A model generated the notes under the pieces. It did no database searches. It saw nothing but the letters and a program-made list of their open reading frames with translations, and was not told the origin of the DNA. From Cenococcum geophilum (lineage: Eukaryota): a stretch of DNA of 64,000 bases. The first letter of the stretch is position 1, and the number at the start of each line of letters is the position of its first letter. Shown piece by piece: positions 23,711 to 38,047 of the stretch. The DNA is taken from contig CP158635.1 of NCBI GenBank assembly GCA_050273025.1, forward strand, positions 29,574,001-29,638,000, given 5' to 3'. Both the position numbers and the translations under genes were made by a program.

Positions 23711-23930
23711 TCTGGCGCTTTAGCTGCGGCCTATTTATACTTATATTGCTACTAATATTAGTAAATAGATGTCTCTGCGTCTTTTTTAAGGTGATACTAC
23801 TAGCTAATATAGTACGAGAGGGGAGAATTAGCTAAAGAGACTGGCTTAGAGTTATATTAGCACTAGCTATATAAGTAAAGGTAGTACTTCTTACTTAAGT
23901 AAAGCGGCGGGAAATGCTAAATTTACCTAT

Positions 23931-26900
23931 TATTACGGCACTGGCAGAAAGCGGCAGCTATAGTAGACGTTATGGTAGACGCAGGGCTCACGTGACTCTT
24001 ACGTGACTAGGGATCGTATATAACTCCTCGCGTTGCTACTTATCCTTTCCTTTCCTTTTCTTTAGCTTTAGATTCTCGTTTATAGACAATCTAATTATAT
24101 AGGCTTGCACGTCCTTTATACCGTGTTTATACCTCGATTAACTAAGTCGCTAACATTACCTAAAGCTTAAACCACCCTTTCTTCCTAAGAAGGAACTTAA
24201 ATATATCTATAGGACCACAAATAGGATAAGGATATAGAATAGGACCCTAAGGATATTACTAGGACTATAAGGATAGAACCTAAAGGAAAAGAATAAAACC
24301 CTAAGGAAAGGACCTATAAGATATACACAGACCAGAACCCTTAAAGAAATTACCCGGAATTACCTAATACCCTAGCACTATACTATAAAACACAGCAGTA
24401 GGCAAAGCAGCTATAGGACCCATAAATGCCTTAGACGAAGAAATAATTAATATCTTAACCCCTTAAGCAGAGCTCGCAGCAGCTAATACTAAAATTAAAC
24501 GGCTACGAGAACTGCTTAAAACTAAAAGTACCCCTATATCTAGCGAGGACCTATTAAACAGACTTGCTATAGTCCTTAAGGCCCTAGCCTAACGTACAGC
24601 ATTAGGATTGTTGCAGTCCACGAAGGTTATAGACCCCCTATTGCTTATAGACGGAGCCGACCCTATATTTAATAATTGGAAGCTTTAATTATAGGATAAG
24701 CTTAAAGTTAATGCGGATTACTTCCCTACTACTTAAGCTAAAATGGCCTACGTTTTCGGCCGTACCGGTGGAGATATATAGACGTATCTACGTCCGCGAT
24801 ACGCCTAGGACTTAGTAAAGCCCTTCCTCTTTAAAGAAAAAATAATTAACTACCTATCTTCTATCTATAAGGACCCTTTTAGGGTATAAAACGCCTGCCT
24901 TAGCTATAAAAGTCTAAACATAAAAATAACGGAGACCTTTTTAGCCTTTTAGACCCGCTTCTTATACCTAGCTAGATAAGCCTGGATTTCTTAGGAAGAC
25001 CTACTTCTAGACCTCTTTAATAAGCTCACCTTAGACCTACAGCGGGCCGTACTACTAGCTTTTACTACTATATAGACGTTAAAAAAACTTATAGACTATT
25101 GCCTAGCTATTAACTAAGGCCTCTATTAAATTAAGGCACGAGCTAACCGGATAAAGGCTAGGAATCCCCTAAATTAAGCTATAAGTAATATAAGAATGGC
25201 CTGTAATACCCTAGTATAACCTATAACGTTTACTACGCCGGCTACTAACCTAGCGACTAGCCGTATAGCTAGCCCTACCGTGGGCCAAGCGCTTACTCGG
25301 CCTACCTATAGCGACCCCTATATATAGGCCCTTAGCGATTAAGGGGCTTGCTTCTTATACGGTTAAAAGGGCTATCCTATAAGGAACTGCCTAATAAAGG
25401 TAAAAGCGGATAAGGTTCTGTTAATCTAGGAGGATAATATAGAGTTAGAAAAAGAGGAACCCTAGAGAAAAACTCCTCTCTAGGGTTAAAAGGGATTAAT
25501 ATATTATATATTAATCTAGGTCGGCTAATTAGTGAAAGAAGCTATACTATCCCTTATACCTTATTCCGTAATAAATATTAAGTTTTAACCTTTGCCTTAG
25601 CTAACTTTAGAGCAAATACCTTTACCCTAATTAATATTTAGTGTGCTATAAAGCTGGCTAACTTTCTTAATACACCTATAGAAGACCTGCCTAAACTAAT
25701 TCCTAATTGCGGGTATAATGGACGGGTAGGGCAACCTATAATAAGTATTTTACGAATATACCTCCGCGTTAATAGGCGAAGGTAGTATAATATCCCCTTT
25801 CTAATTACGGACCTTAGAAGCTATAATATAATCTTAGAGAGGAAATGGCTAGCCTATTTAGGCTTATAGCTTAATATACAAAGCAGACGGCTTATTTAGC
25901 CTAAAACCCTACCCCTAACCCCTTCTTTTATAAAAGAAATTAGCATTATAATAGAAAACCTAGCATAACCCTAGATTAATACTATCTACTAGGCCAATGC
26001 CATACGTAAAGACTAGGCCTTTAAGAAGGATATATAGCTTAACCCGTAACGGATCCGTATACTACGCCGCCCCTAGGCTACCTATATTACGCTACCCGCA
26101 CTATAGATTTAGGAAGTTAATAGTAACCTACCTAAGTCCCTAGTAGAGAACCTAGGCCTTACGCAGCTATAATGGAAGGCTAGAAATATTAGACGGTATA
26201 CTAAACTAATAGACTGGAAGAATAATTTACGGAAAATAAAACGCGAGCTAAGGAAGACTATAAACCCTATACCGCAAAATACGGCCTAATAAATATCCGT
26301 AAAGAAACCTACGGACCTCCCACTAGTTAATATCTACTATATTAACGCTATAGAATTCTACCAGAACTTAGTTTAGCTAGATACCGTTGCCTTTATAACT
26401 AGCTTATATAAAATTAATTAAATAATTAAAGAAAAAGAGACCCTAGCCTAAGAGGAGGATAAGCTTATAGATAAGGAGCTAGTAGAACAGAAACTACCCT
26501 ATTAGTACTAAGAGTTTAAGGATATATTTTCTAAGGCAGCATTTAACATGCTTCTACCCTACTAATTATATAACTATAAGATTAAGATTAAACTAGATAA
26601 GGAAAACGTCCTCAGCTATACCCCCCTTTGTAAATAATTTATTGCCGAATTATAGGCTACTAAGTAGTACATTATAGACAACCTAGTAAAGGGGTTTATT
26701 AAGCCTAGTTAGGCCCTATTTACCTCCCCTATTCTCTTTATAAAAAAGCTAAATAGAGGACTTTGTTTCTGTATTAACTACTATAAGCTTAATAATATAA
26801 CCTGCAAAGACCGTTATCCGCTACCCTTACTAGATAAGACGCTAGCTTAAATAAATAGAGCTAAGGTATTTATAAAGCTTAATATCCGCTAGGCCTTCTA

Positions 26901-29830
26901 CCAAATTAGAATGGACCCCGGATTTATAGACCTTACTATATTTTAGACTTAATACGGATTATATAAATATAAAGTACTTTCCTTTAGACTGACTAACGGA
27001 CCTACTACGTACTAACAATATATAAATAATGTACTCTTTAACTACCTTAATGACTTCTATATAGCCTACCTGGATAATATTATAATTTACTCTAAAAATA
27101 AGTTAGAATATAAGGAGCACGTTTATAAGGTCCTATAACGGCTCCATAATACTAGCCTTTAGGCCAATATTAAGAAGTTAGAGTTTAGTATAAAGCGAAT
27201 AAAGTACCTAAGGTTTATTATTAGTATAGATGGAATTAAGGCAGACCTAGAAAAGATAGCTGTAATTAATTAATGGGAACTACTACGGACTATAAAAGGG
27301 ATATAGTTATTTCTAGGCTTTTATAACTTCTACTAACGCTTTATTAAGAACTATAATAGGATTACTTAGCCCCTTAGCCGCCTTATAATAAAGAACTAGC
27401 CCTTTTACTTTAATATCGTATATAGGCAGGCTTTTAATGAACTTAAGAAACGGCTAGTCTCCGCTCCTTTACTCGCCTACTTTAACCTAAAACGGCCCTT
27501 AATGCTAAAAACGGATGCCTTAGATAGTGTTATTGCTGGCGTTTATTCCTAGAAGCAGACGGACGGGGAATAGCACCCTATTGCTTACTACTTAAAGACT
27601 ATAATAAATGCTAAGCTAAACTACCTAATTTATAATAAAGAAATATTGGCTATTATCTATAGCTTTTAGCACTGGCGAGTATAGCTAGAAGGAACCCCTA
27701 AACCTATTTAAGTGGTTTTAGATTATAAGGCCATAGAATATTTTATAATAATAAAAGCCCTTACGGCCCGGCAGGCGCGCTAGGCGGATGTCCTATCTTA
27801 GTTTAACTTCCTAATTATATATAGGCTAGGCGCCACTAACTATATGGACGCTCTTATAAGGCGTAAACAAGACCTAGATAACTAGATGGCTATAAAGGTC
27901 TTATTATAGACCTAGACGCTACTATAACTAAAGTACCTTAACCCTTAGATATAGGAAGAACTAAGTACTAAATCTTTAAGCGCTAAGATATGTCCCATTA
28001 ACCCTATGGAATTTAACCTTATTAATAAACTACTGTAAGCAAATTGTACGGACCCTTCTCTACAGGAGTACTGCAAAAAGGTAAAGGATATTACTAGCCT
28101 ATAGTCCCTTAAAAATGGACTACTTAGGCACTAGGAACGGCTAGTAGTAGTAAAAGAAAAGAACTTATTAACCCGGCTTATTACTAAAGCATATACCTAG
28201 GTCTCTACGGCCCACCCTAGAAAAAATAAGACTTATAAGATTATTGGTGACCGTTACTACTGGCCTAGAATAGTTATAGATATTAACCGTTATATAAGGA
28301 ACTGCAACAACTGCTATAGGTTTATAATTCCACGAGATAAAACCCTAGGACTATTAAAGCCACTTCTAATACCAGAGCGCCCCTAGCAGTATATCTTTAT
28401 AGACTTTTATAAACTACTAGTAGACCGTAACGGGTATAATATAGTTATAATCTTAGTTAACTAATTTAGTAAACGCCCTTTCTTAATCCCCTATTATAAG
28501 AATATTAATAATAAAGAGGCGGCCCAACTATATATCTATTATATCTACTAAATTTACGGACTACTAGATACTATTATATTGGACTATAGACCGTAGTTTA
28601 TATCGGCTTTCTAGAATAAGTTTACCCGGATCTTAGGAATTAGGCTAAAGCTTTCTACGGCGTACTACCCCTAAATAGATAGTTAGATAGAGATTATAAA
28701 TTAATACTTAGACCAGAGACTCTAGCCCTTTATTAACTACTTCTAAGATAACTAGGGCAAACTATTACCTCTAAAAGACTACACCCAGGCGACCCTACCT
28801 TATAACTCTACGGGATTTGCACCTATTTAACTAGAAATAGGGTATCTACCCTAAATAAGCTTTAACTAGGATAGGCTAAAAGGACCATAGACTGTACGCG
28901 AGAAACTATCTTATAAGGAAGCCTAGCAGTACGCTAAGCGCATAAAGGAAGCCTAGATAGTAGCCTATATAAACCTAGAAAAGGCCTAGAAATTAATAAA
29001 ACAGTAGGTAAATAAGCATAGGCGCGAGCCTAACTTTACTATAAGTGATATGGTTTAGGTTATAACAAAGAACTAGAAAACGGAACGGCCTAGCTATAAG
29101 CTTAATTATTAGATAGCAGGACCGTATAAGGTTCTTAAGAAAATAGGCAACTTATATAAAGTAGAGCTCCTAGATTTAATTAAGGTTTACCCTATTTTCT
29201 TACTGGATAAGCTATAGAAGGCTATAAACAACCTATTACCCGGATAAAAAAACGAACCCCCCCTACTAATTTAAGTTAGTGGTAATAACAAATAGGAAAT
29301 TAAAAAGATACTGGCCTATAAGCTAGTAAGGAAAACGCTAAAGTACTGCGTTAGTTGGAAAGGCTATAACTTAGATCCTACCTAGTACCCTATATAGAAC
29401 TTTATTGGCAGTCCCTATAAGCTTTAAGAATTCTATAGCCGTTACCCTAATAAACTAGGACCGCTAAAGTACCTAGATAAATAGATAAAATGCTAGTATA
29501 ATAAAGATAATAAGCTACCGGAAGAGTGTAAAGATAAGAACGCCCTATAGGTATAATACGGATATATAAAGCCTAAGGGCAGGCTTTTGTAGAGGGGGGG
29601 GGTAATGTTACGGCACTAGCAGAAAGCGGCAGCTATGGTAAACGTTATAGTAGACGTAGGGCTTATGTGACTCTTACGTGACTAGGGATCGTATATAACT
29701 CCTCACGTTGCTACTTATCCTTTCCTTTCCTTTTCTTTAGCTTTAGATTCTCGTTTATAGACAATCTAATTATATAGGCTTGCACGTCCCTTATACCGTG
29801 CTTATACCTCGATTGACTAAGTCGCTAACA
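23931..29830 (+). mobile_element. Full-length chromodomain Ty3/Gypsy retrotransposon (5,900 bp, RIP-inactivated)
   Basis: 225-bp LTRs at 23931-24155 and 29606-29830, with 5-bp TSD CCTAT (23926-23930 and 29831-29835). De-RIPed domains: gag CCHC near 25350-25390, protease LADSGA near 25600, RT LRFCIDY/PFGLTNGP/YLDD, RNase H TDAS, integrase and chromodomain, then a poly-G PPT. Confidence 0.96.
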
Positions 29831-30745
29831 CCTATAGTTAATTCTACCGGCTATAAGGGAGCTAACTCTATAATAACTAATATATTAGTCTATAAGTCTA
29901 CGCATTAGGATAAGCTCTTTAACTATATTAGTAAGCTACTAGGTAAAGTATACGATTATTAGGCACTAATATACGATTAATTAAATAAACTATTTAAAAG
30001 CTGCTATAAGTGGCAAGCCTAGGTTAATAGATAAGCTACTAAACCACTATACTAACCCTATAGATATCTGTCCACACCTATTATATAGGCTAATTCCCTT
30101 CTAGTATTCTACTGCTAAGTTACTATAGAGGGTGCTATAATACAGCAGTTTGCCGTTGCCGTTAATACTAGATTAATATAGATTGCTACTAATAATAGAC
30201 TATTACTAGTAGGATTATCAATAAGGCTACGTTAATTTATAATAACTATACGTAGAGATTGCTATAGAGATTAAACACCACGTTATAAACTAGCGCTATA
30301 TATATTTAAGCTAATAATACTATCAAACTTCTACTATAGAGCTTAAAGGCTATACTGCAGACTAATACCTAGGTTGTTTTAAAATATAAACTAAAGTAGT
30401 AGAGAATTATAAGGATAGTGCGGAGCTATATTAAAAAGCTATTAAAAATAATAGAGGCGTTATAGGGAGTTATTAGGATGCTAAAGGTTAAGTTAAGGGT
30501 TCTATAGATATATACTAGACAATTTTTAAACGGGTAGCTATATATTTAAAGTATATAGATATTAAATATCTAGCTATTAAAATAACGTCAGGAAAAAATT
30601 TACCAGCATTTAATTTTTGTTTTTAGCTATTTTAGCATTTCCTAGCATTTCCTAGCATTTCCCAGCATTTCCCAGCATTTAGCTGCTAAGTACTAACTAT
30701 AAGATTACTAAGCATATATAAAAGTATAATTTTATAAATTTAATA

Positions 30746-31231
30746 GAAGCTCTGCACGAAGCTCTGCACGAAGCTCTGCATAAAGCTCTGCAGAAGCTCT
30801 GCAGAAGCTCTGCAGAAGCTCTGCGTACAGAGGCTCTGCACGAGGCGAAGCTCTGCGTACGGCTCTGCGTACGGAGGCTCTACACGAAGCTCTGCATCGG
30901 GTCCCCGCTATATTCCCGTCTGCACGTGCCTCTGCCAAGTATACCCCTATATAGCCACCTTATTTTTTTTTTACCCATCCTTCCTTCCTTACATCCTCCC
31001 TACTAAGGAGGCACCAGAGCAGCAGCTAGTAGAGGACCGTCGCCAGAACTAGACGACCGTCGCCAGAACCAGACGACCGTCGCCAGAACCAGACGACCGT
31101 TACCAGAACCAGACGACGACCGTTCAAACAACCAGCCAGCGAACACTACGAACGATTCAATCAATTGATCGATCGAATTAAACCAGAGCTAACACAGGCA
31201 GGCAGGCAGGCAGGCAGGCAGGTAGGCAGGC

Positions 31232-31266
<35 letters not shown>

Positions 31267-31460
31267 TAGACAGACAGATAGACAGACAGACAGATAGATA
31301 GCAGGCAGGTAGGCAGGTAGGCAGGTAAATAGATAAACAAATGAACAGATAGATAGACAAATAGATAGGCAGATAGGCAGGCAGGTAGGCAGATAGGCAG
31401 GTAGGCAGGTAGGTTAGTAGGTAGACAGGTAGGCAGGTAGTTAGGTCGGTAGGTAGGTAA
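30746..31460. repeat. Minisatellite and microsatellite cluster inside the TIR element
   Basis: GAAGCTCTGCA(C) units at ~30746-30896, 20-bp GACCGTCGCCAGAACCAGAC four times at ~31034-31115, and CAGG/TAGA/CAGA tetranucleotide runs at ~31194-31460. Confidence 0.9.
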
Positions 31461-31596
31461 GTAAAAGAGAACCGTTGCTATATATTAAATTATCTAAAAT
31501 ATAATTTATTTTACACTAACCGCGTAAACTAAGCAAATATTATTAAGTGTATAGGAAGAGCAAGATATATAGAATGCGTAAGGACGGCATTATATA

Positions 31597-34500
31597 ATAA
31601 TAATTCATTGCTTAACGTCCGATTTGGATCCCTATTGGGCCCACGCGGACTACTCCTTATTTACATATGGGGAGAAAACTCAACTTAAGAAAGACTTAAC
31701 TTGAGAAAACCCCGTAATCTATCTCCCCGCCTCTTAGGACTCGCCTATAAGGCGCCTATAAGGCACCTACAAGTTACCTATAGTGCTCCTACTACTTTAC
31801 TTTTTAACCTCTTTGGGAACTACTACTACTGTAACTAGCCTATAGACGCGCTAGTATTGTATACTTTACTCTACTACTATAGAGTTATTAGGGGGCGCCC
31901 GTTACTCGCCCCCCCGCCCTTTATTATTATTTCCTTTATAACCCAGAACTAGTTTAATATATTTTAGCTAATAAGCCACTAGGTAACCGCCTTAAGGCCT
32001 TTTTATATTAAGAGTAGTGTCTTATAGTTCTCTATACTAGCTACTAAAAGCATTACTTCTTAGTTAGTGCGTAAGGGGCATAATAATATTATATATTTTA
32101 GTATCTGTCTTAGCTAGCTATATTTATATCTTAAGCTACCTACTAGAACACCCACCTAGTAGAGCCAGTCTTTTAGTCCTATTATTCCTATTCTTAAGAG
32201 CGTTACTATTATATTTTCTGCCTTTATTAGGCCTTTTTAGAGCCCTAGGGTATCTACCCCCTATGGCGTTAACTATGCTATAGCTTAGGTTCCTCTTGCC
32301 TTAGTTAGCCTCTATACCTTCAACTCCTATACGCCTCTTTAGCGTTAGTCTAGCCAGTATTACATTACAGTAGATGGTTTCCCGGCGTTCTTTTATACTC
32401 TACTTTAGCTTCTTTCTCTCTCTTACTATTATCCTTGCTGGCCTCTTGTACGTCTCCCTTCCTTCTCTATATAGGCCTGGGCCCTAAAGCAGCACTATTC
32501 TTCTTCTGCTTTTTTTACCTATTTCTTCAATATATCTTCCCTACTTTGGGGTTGTTAGTTTGTTCTCCTATAAGGCGCCCTAAGGTCCCTCCATAGTTTA
32601 TTTAGGCGTGTCTTAATATACTTTATAATATTAGAGTTATATTCCTTTTACGCCCTTTATATGGCAGTGGCTTTAATATATAGTTATAGGGGGGGAATAT
32701 TAGCTTCCTTCTCAAGTAGAGCTGTAGCCGTTCGCTTATATCCGCCTATTATACTCTAGAGGTAGGCTATTTAGACCTTTTAGAGTAGTTTAAGGAGCAA
32801 TTTAGGGGGGCCTTTCTTAGATTCTCTAATGGCCCAGATACTAGACCTATACGTTATAGTTAGCCAGATAACTGCTATATATAGTAGGCGTGACCTCTAG
32901 AAGTATAGACCCTATATAGAATTAACGATCCTAGATAATGCGATGTACTATACTTAGCCCTTATAGGCCGCTTATACCGTATATACGCTCTACTAGAGCT
33001 TACTATCTACCCATACTCCTAATACTCTTAGGCCCTAAACTAGTTAACCCCTAAAGCCTTAGATGCGAATTATATGCTAGAGATCTGTAGATTAGTTGCG
33101 TTTTCTTATAAAATAGATTAGCTGGTATTTCTCTAGTAAGAATTAGACTCTATATCATCTTACCTATTCTATATAGGTGTTATATACTTTCTCTAGTATT
33201 CTATAATTCTTTACGGCTATTAGCCCGTATATAATTAGGTTTATATCATTAATAAAGCCTATCCCCTAGGTCGCCCCTTTCTTAAAGGAGTTAAGCAGGT
33301 TGCTTATAAAGAAAAGGGAGAGTATAGGCGAGAGGGGTAATCCTTATGGTATTCCTATTGCAACTGCAATAGGGGGGCTTTAGTATCCGCTAAAGACTAG
33401 TAATATTTCTTTTTAACCTATAAACCCTTAAATAAATTATATAATCTATTCTAGAAAGCCTTTTGCCCTAAGGATATATAGGAGACGCTTGTGGAGTATA
33501 TTATTGTAGGCGCCACTAATATCTAGGCTGAGTATTAATACTACAAAGTTCCTTCGCATCGCCTATATAGATTTAATAGTAATAGCGAGTAGCGTAAGTG
33601 CTAATAGTGTTAAGCGGTTCTTTCTTGCCCCTATTTAGCTTTATAGTAGTAGGGCGTATTCCTTAGCCGTATTTGCTATATGGTCCGCTATTACCCTTTT
33701 TAAGATCTTACTAAGGGTATTCTCTAAGGTAGTAGGGCGGTAGCTTCCTAGAAGTAAGTAGTCTGCTTTACCTTCTTTACGTAGGATAAACGTTATTATA
33801 GCTCTTCTAAGTCTTGGGTAGTAGCCTATTATAAAGCATACTCTAGCTATATCCGCAAGCTAAGGTGCTATTAGTGGTCCGTAGGTCCTTAGGGCTTTAT
33901 TTAGGATCCTATCTAGTCCTAGTGCTATATTATTTAAAAGGCGGCTAATAGTTCTAGCTATTTCTTTAGTTATTATATTACTGTTAACTCTTAGGTAAGT
34001 CACTAGTGCTTCGCCTATAATATCGCTAAGGTCTGCTAAAGCTAGTTAAGGAAAAAATCTTTTTATAAGGATCTTTGCCTTCTTATTATTATCGCTTATA
34101 GCTAGTAATTCACCTAGTCTTTATAGGGGCGGAAGGTATAAGTCTTCTACTAGACGTCCTGCCTTTTTCTTTACCTATTTCGCTATCCTCTAAAGACCTT
34201 TATTATGGGGGAGGCTTGGGTTAATAGTATACTTATTTATAAACCATCTCTAGCTATTCTTTACTTCTTTTTTTAGGGTATTCTTTAGCTAGTTTCTTAT
34301 GTCTTTATATTATCTCTTATCTTTAGGATTATAGCTACTTATATATTTTCTTCTTGCTCATTATTGGCTGGTAATAAGAATTGCGTATTGTAGGGACTAT
34401 ACGTATTATATATAGGGGCCCGGTTTTAAGACCGGGCAGTGCTCTTCTAGCCTATTTTTAATTACTGCCTAGATTCTTTCTAGTCTTTAGTTAATTTCCT

Positions 34501-37179
34501 TAAGGGTAGCTAATAAGCCTTACTTGTTTAGTATTAGGTGGATTTCTTCTAGGTCTTAAAGTTATTATTTAACTATATTAAGGAAACTGTCTATCTTAAG
34601 CTTTCTTATTACGTATCTTTTGCTATTTAGTTACACCTTAATATCTAGATCTAGCTATATCTAGATAGGGATATGGTCTAAGGCGAGTGCCTATTCTTCT
34701 TTAGGTTTATACCTTTTAAGTCTCTAGTATAGGCCTTCGTCTATAAATATAAGGTCAATTATACTTCTAGCGGTGCCTTATTGCCATATAATTGCTCCTA
34801 GGGGGGTAGCTAGCTTAAGGCCCCTAGTGTCTATAGCTCTTAGTAGGCACTCTATCTGTTATTTAGCAGTAATATAGATACCCCCCTACCGCAGGTAGTG
34901 GAGGTTTATATCTCCTAATAGGATAAACTCTATGCCTTTAGTTTCTAGTAAGCTTATTACTAATATAATATTCTCTATTTATAGGACCCCTTCGACCCTA
35001 GGGTTATATATATTAATAATCTATACCGGTCCCCTATATATCTAGATTGTTATTACTATAATATCTAAGTTAACTACCTACTATAACTATAAGGATAGGC
35101 TAATAGCCTTACTAATTATAAAGCATACGCGTATAGCTGCTTTTAGTTTATATAGGAGCTAGAATCCTTAGGGGTAGTATGTTAATTATATATAGGCATT
35201 ATAATACAGCTCTTATATAGTAAGAATATAGTATTTCTCTAGGTCTAGGCTATCTAGTAAGGGCCTTATAAGACAGTGGTTTATATTGCCGTAGTTATAC
35301 TATATAATAGATAGGTGGCGGACCCCCAGCGAGGGTCCTTCGCCTCTCCTTTATTCCTCGCTTTTTTTATTTCTACTTTCTCTAGGACATTTAAAACTTC
35401 TATCTCTTATATCTATACCCTAGTTACTACTTATTTTATATAGAGCTTTCTATTCCCATATCTTATGTTTTTACTAGCGCTTCTATATCTAAATCTATTA
35501 TTATCTCCAGTTCTTCCCCTATTCTTACTAGTTGGCTATATACCCTTTAAGAGTTAGCTATAAATATTATATTTACCGCGTTAAGTCTAATTCTTAATTA
35601 TCCTGGTCTTAAGCTTGCTATAGCTGTCTATAAGGGTCTTCCTATAAGGCGTCCTCTCCCTTATATTCCCTATAACCCTTATATCCCTATACAGTCTAAT
35701 AATATCGCGCGGCGTTGCTTCTAGCCCGTTAAGGCTTAGGATAGCTAGCCTAGCCCCCCAGTATTAAAGGTAGGAAACGCTAGAAAGGCACCTGCGCCCC
35801 CCTAGCTTATTACCTATTATTTCCATTTATATAACCTAGTGTACAGTTATTCCCGTAGCTATTAAGCCCTTACCTTTTATCTCCTATATTTAATGCAGTC
35901 TTCTCTCTCCTATACCTTATATGTGCTTTAGTAGCAGTTTACGTATTTTATTTAGTCTTAATTTAAGTAATGTCTTATATTATAGGGGCCTATATAGTGG
36001 CCGTAGTATACCTATACTGCGTATATAGATTGGGTGTGTCCCTATTATATATAGTAATAATATTATTTTAGGCAGAGTCTGTAGTTATAAAGCCTTATGT
36101 CGTATATAAGGCTATTTATAATAATACCTTTTTAGATAAGGAGTTTTTATATTCCTAGTGTATATATACTAATAATAAGGGAGCTATGCGTTTAACTAGT
36201 GCCTCCCTAGCGAGTCTCTGGCGACCCTTATATTCTTTTATTATTCTTATTATATACTTAGTTTATATTTTCCTATTATAGCCATTAGATTTAGGTAATC
36301 TTAAGTCCTAGTATAAGGCGTTCCGTTTATTTTACTATCTTATATATAGTTGCTATATTATCCGCCTAGCGTCCCTTTTCTACCCTAAGGCTTAGGGGAA
36401 CTGCTAAGACTTTAACTAGGTAATCTTCGCGGGGCACTTTTATACCAATACATTCTCCTAGCCTATTTCCTACCCTTATAGCTTATTTCTTTACCTATTA
36501 GTCCCTTAGGGTAACTCTAATATCTCCGCTCCTAAGGTATTAGACTATAATAGCGTTATAAACCTCTTTACGAATCTCTATAAGGACTTTTATTTCTAAT
36601 TATCCCCTAAGCCCCTCTACTTTTTCTATATTTAGTTATATTATAATTATATACCTAGATATTATCTTTAGGGGGGTAGGTTCCCTATATTATAAAAGCA
36701 CAGCTATAGTAGCTTAGGTGCGGTTTACTAGTAAGAAAGGGTTTTATTTATTTTTAATTTTACTTAGCTATTAGAGGATTTAATTAAGGGGTTACTAAAG
36801 AGGCGCCTAAGGTTCGCTAGACTAGCGGAGCCATTTTGCTAGCTATATTAGTTTATTATAGCTAACGGTTACTTCCCTACAATTACAGATACTAGACGCG
36901 TCTAATAGGCTTTATATTTTATTAGATGCCTTCTTAATAGAGGTCTTTCCGCTTTATAGTGTGGTATTCGCCCGTTCTTATTGTGGAGAGCCATTGCTAG
37001 GCGTGGTTCTGGTGGACGCGCGCGAGTGCGAACCACCGTCGTTCGACGTGTGCCTCCCCTGCGATGCGTGCATCTTAGGGGGATTCTCTAGGTGTTTTTT
37101 CAGGGTTCTTTTGGTTGGTTTTGGTCTTTTTTGGGCCGGGTGCAGCAAGAGCTCCAGTTTTTTGGTGTCGAAGATTTTT
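31597..37179 (-). mobile_element. Full-length Tad1-like LINE (5,583 bp, RIP-inactivated)
   Basis: 13-bp TSD ACGGCATTATATA at 31584-31596 and 37180-37192, with a short (ATT)n 3' tail. ORF1 has Cys/His knuckles at ~35900-36070. ORF2 has APE start QYNCGN near 35290 and RT motifs GIPQGSPLSPIL (~33320-33355) and GFIDD (~33250). Confidence 0.93.
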
Positions 37180-38047
37180 ACGGCATTATATACAGAATGC
37201 GCAAGGAGGGCATTATATATTAATTGCGCATTAAGTGCTTAATAGGGTAGGGGCCTAAGTGGCTACAAATGCGCAATTAGCTGCACTACGTTGTTAAATG
37301 CGGCAGTGTGCCGCAGCTTAGTTGATACCATACGCTACACATTACAATGCGCGAAATGCGCATTTGGCCGCCAAATGCTGCCAAATGCTGCAAAAATGCT
37401 GGTAAATTTTTTCCTAACGAACTGTAATAGAGTAGTATACGTAATTTAGGACCAGTTTACCTATAAGTCTTAGGTTAATATAAGCTAAAATATTTAAAAC
37501 TTAGTGTTATCCGTTTATAAGCTAAATACTAATAACAGCTATAAGGGCGGTAATACTTTAGTTTATAACGGTTAATTAAGACTAGCACTCTTTATAGTTA
37601 ATACACTAATAGATCCCTATTAACCTACTAATAGTAAAGGCGTTTATAATGAGCTTCTAAATACAGTAATATATCTACTAGATTATAACGCAGCCTATAA
37701 AACACTAGTACTAAAGTATTACATTTCTTTCTTATAAATAAAGTAAATAAGTACGTCTACTTTATCTCCTTAAAAGCTGTAATTCTATTTAGGTAATATC
37801 TGCTTAAGGCCCTTATAAGTTAGTAAAGGTTAAATATAGAGTATATAAATTTAATTATCGGATATAATATAACTGGAAATTAGACTCTAAACTGCATCCT
37901 AGTATATTATATTAAGCCATTCTTTAATCTACTTCTTAACACTTATAAATAGATCCTTTAAATACTTACTCTTTATAATATTCCTAATATATAATATAAT
38001 AATATTATACTCCTTATAAGCCTATAATAAATTATTATAATTAAAGT

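Larger units (their letters stand above)
30586..37419. mobile_element. Non-autonomous TIR element (about 1.24 kb without the LINE), CACTA/CMC-like, rich in minisatellites
   Basis: 26-bp TIRs CGTCAGGAAAAAATTTACCAGCATTT and AAATGCTGGTAAATTTTTTCCTAACG. AA flanks both ends. Subterminal CAGCATTT repeats are inverted between the two ends. Confidence 0.8.

Noticed and set aside
31034..31120. 20-bp repeat array resembling a CRISPR
   Set aside because: Units are head-to-tail with no unique spacers, there are no cas genes, and the context is a eukaryotic TE.
30732..31360. ORFs 30732-30938 and 31178-31360
   Set aside because: They are translations of minisatellite and microsatellite DNA.
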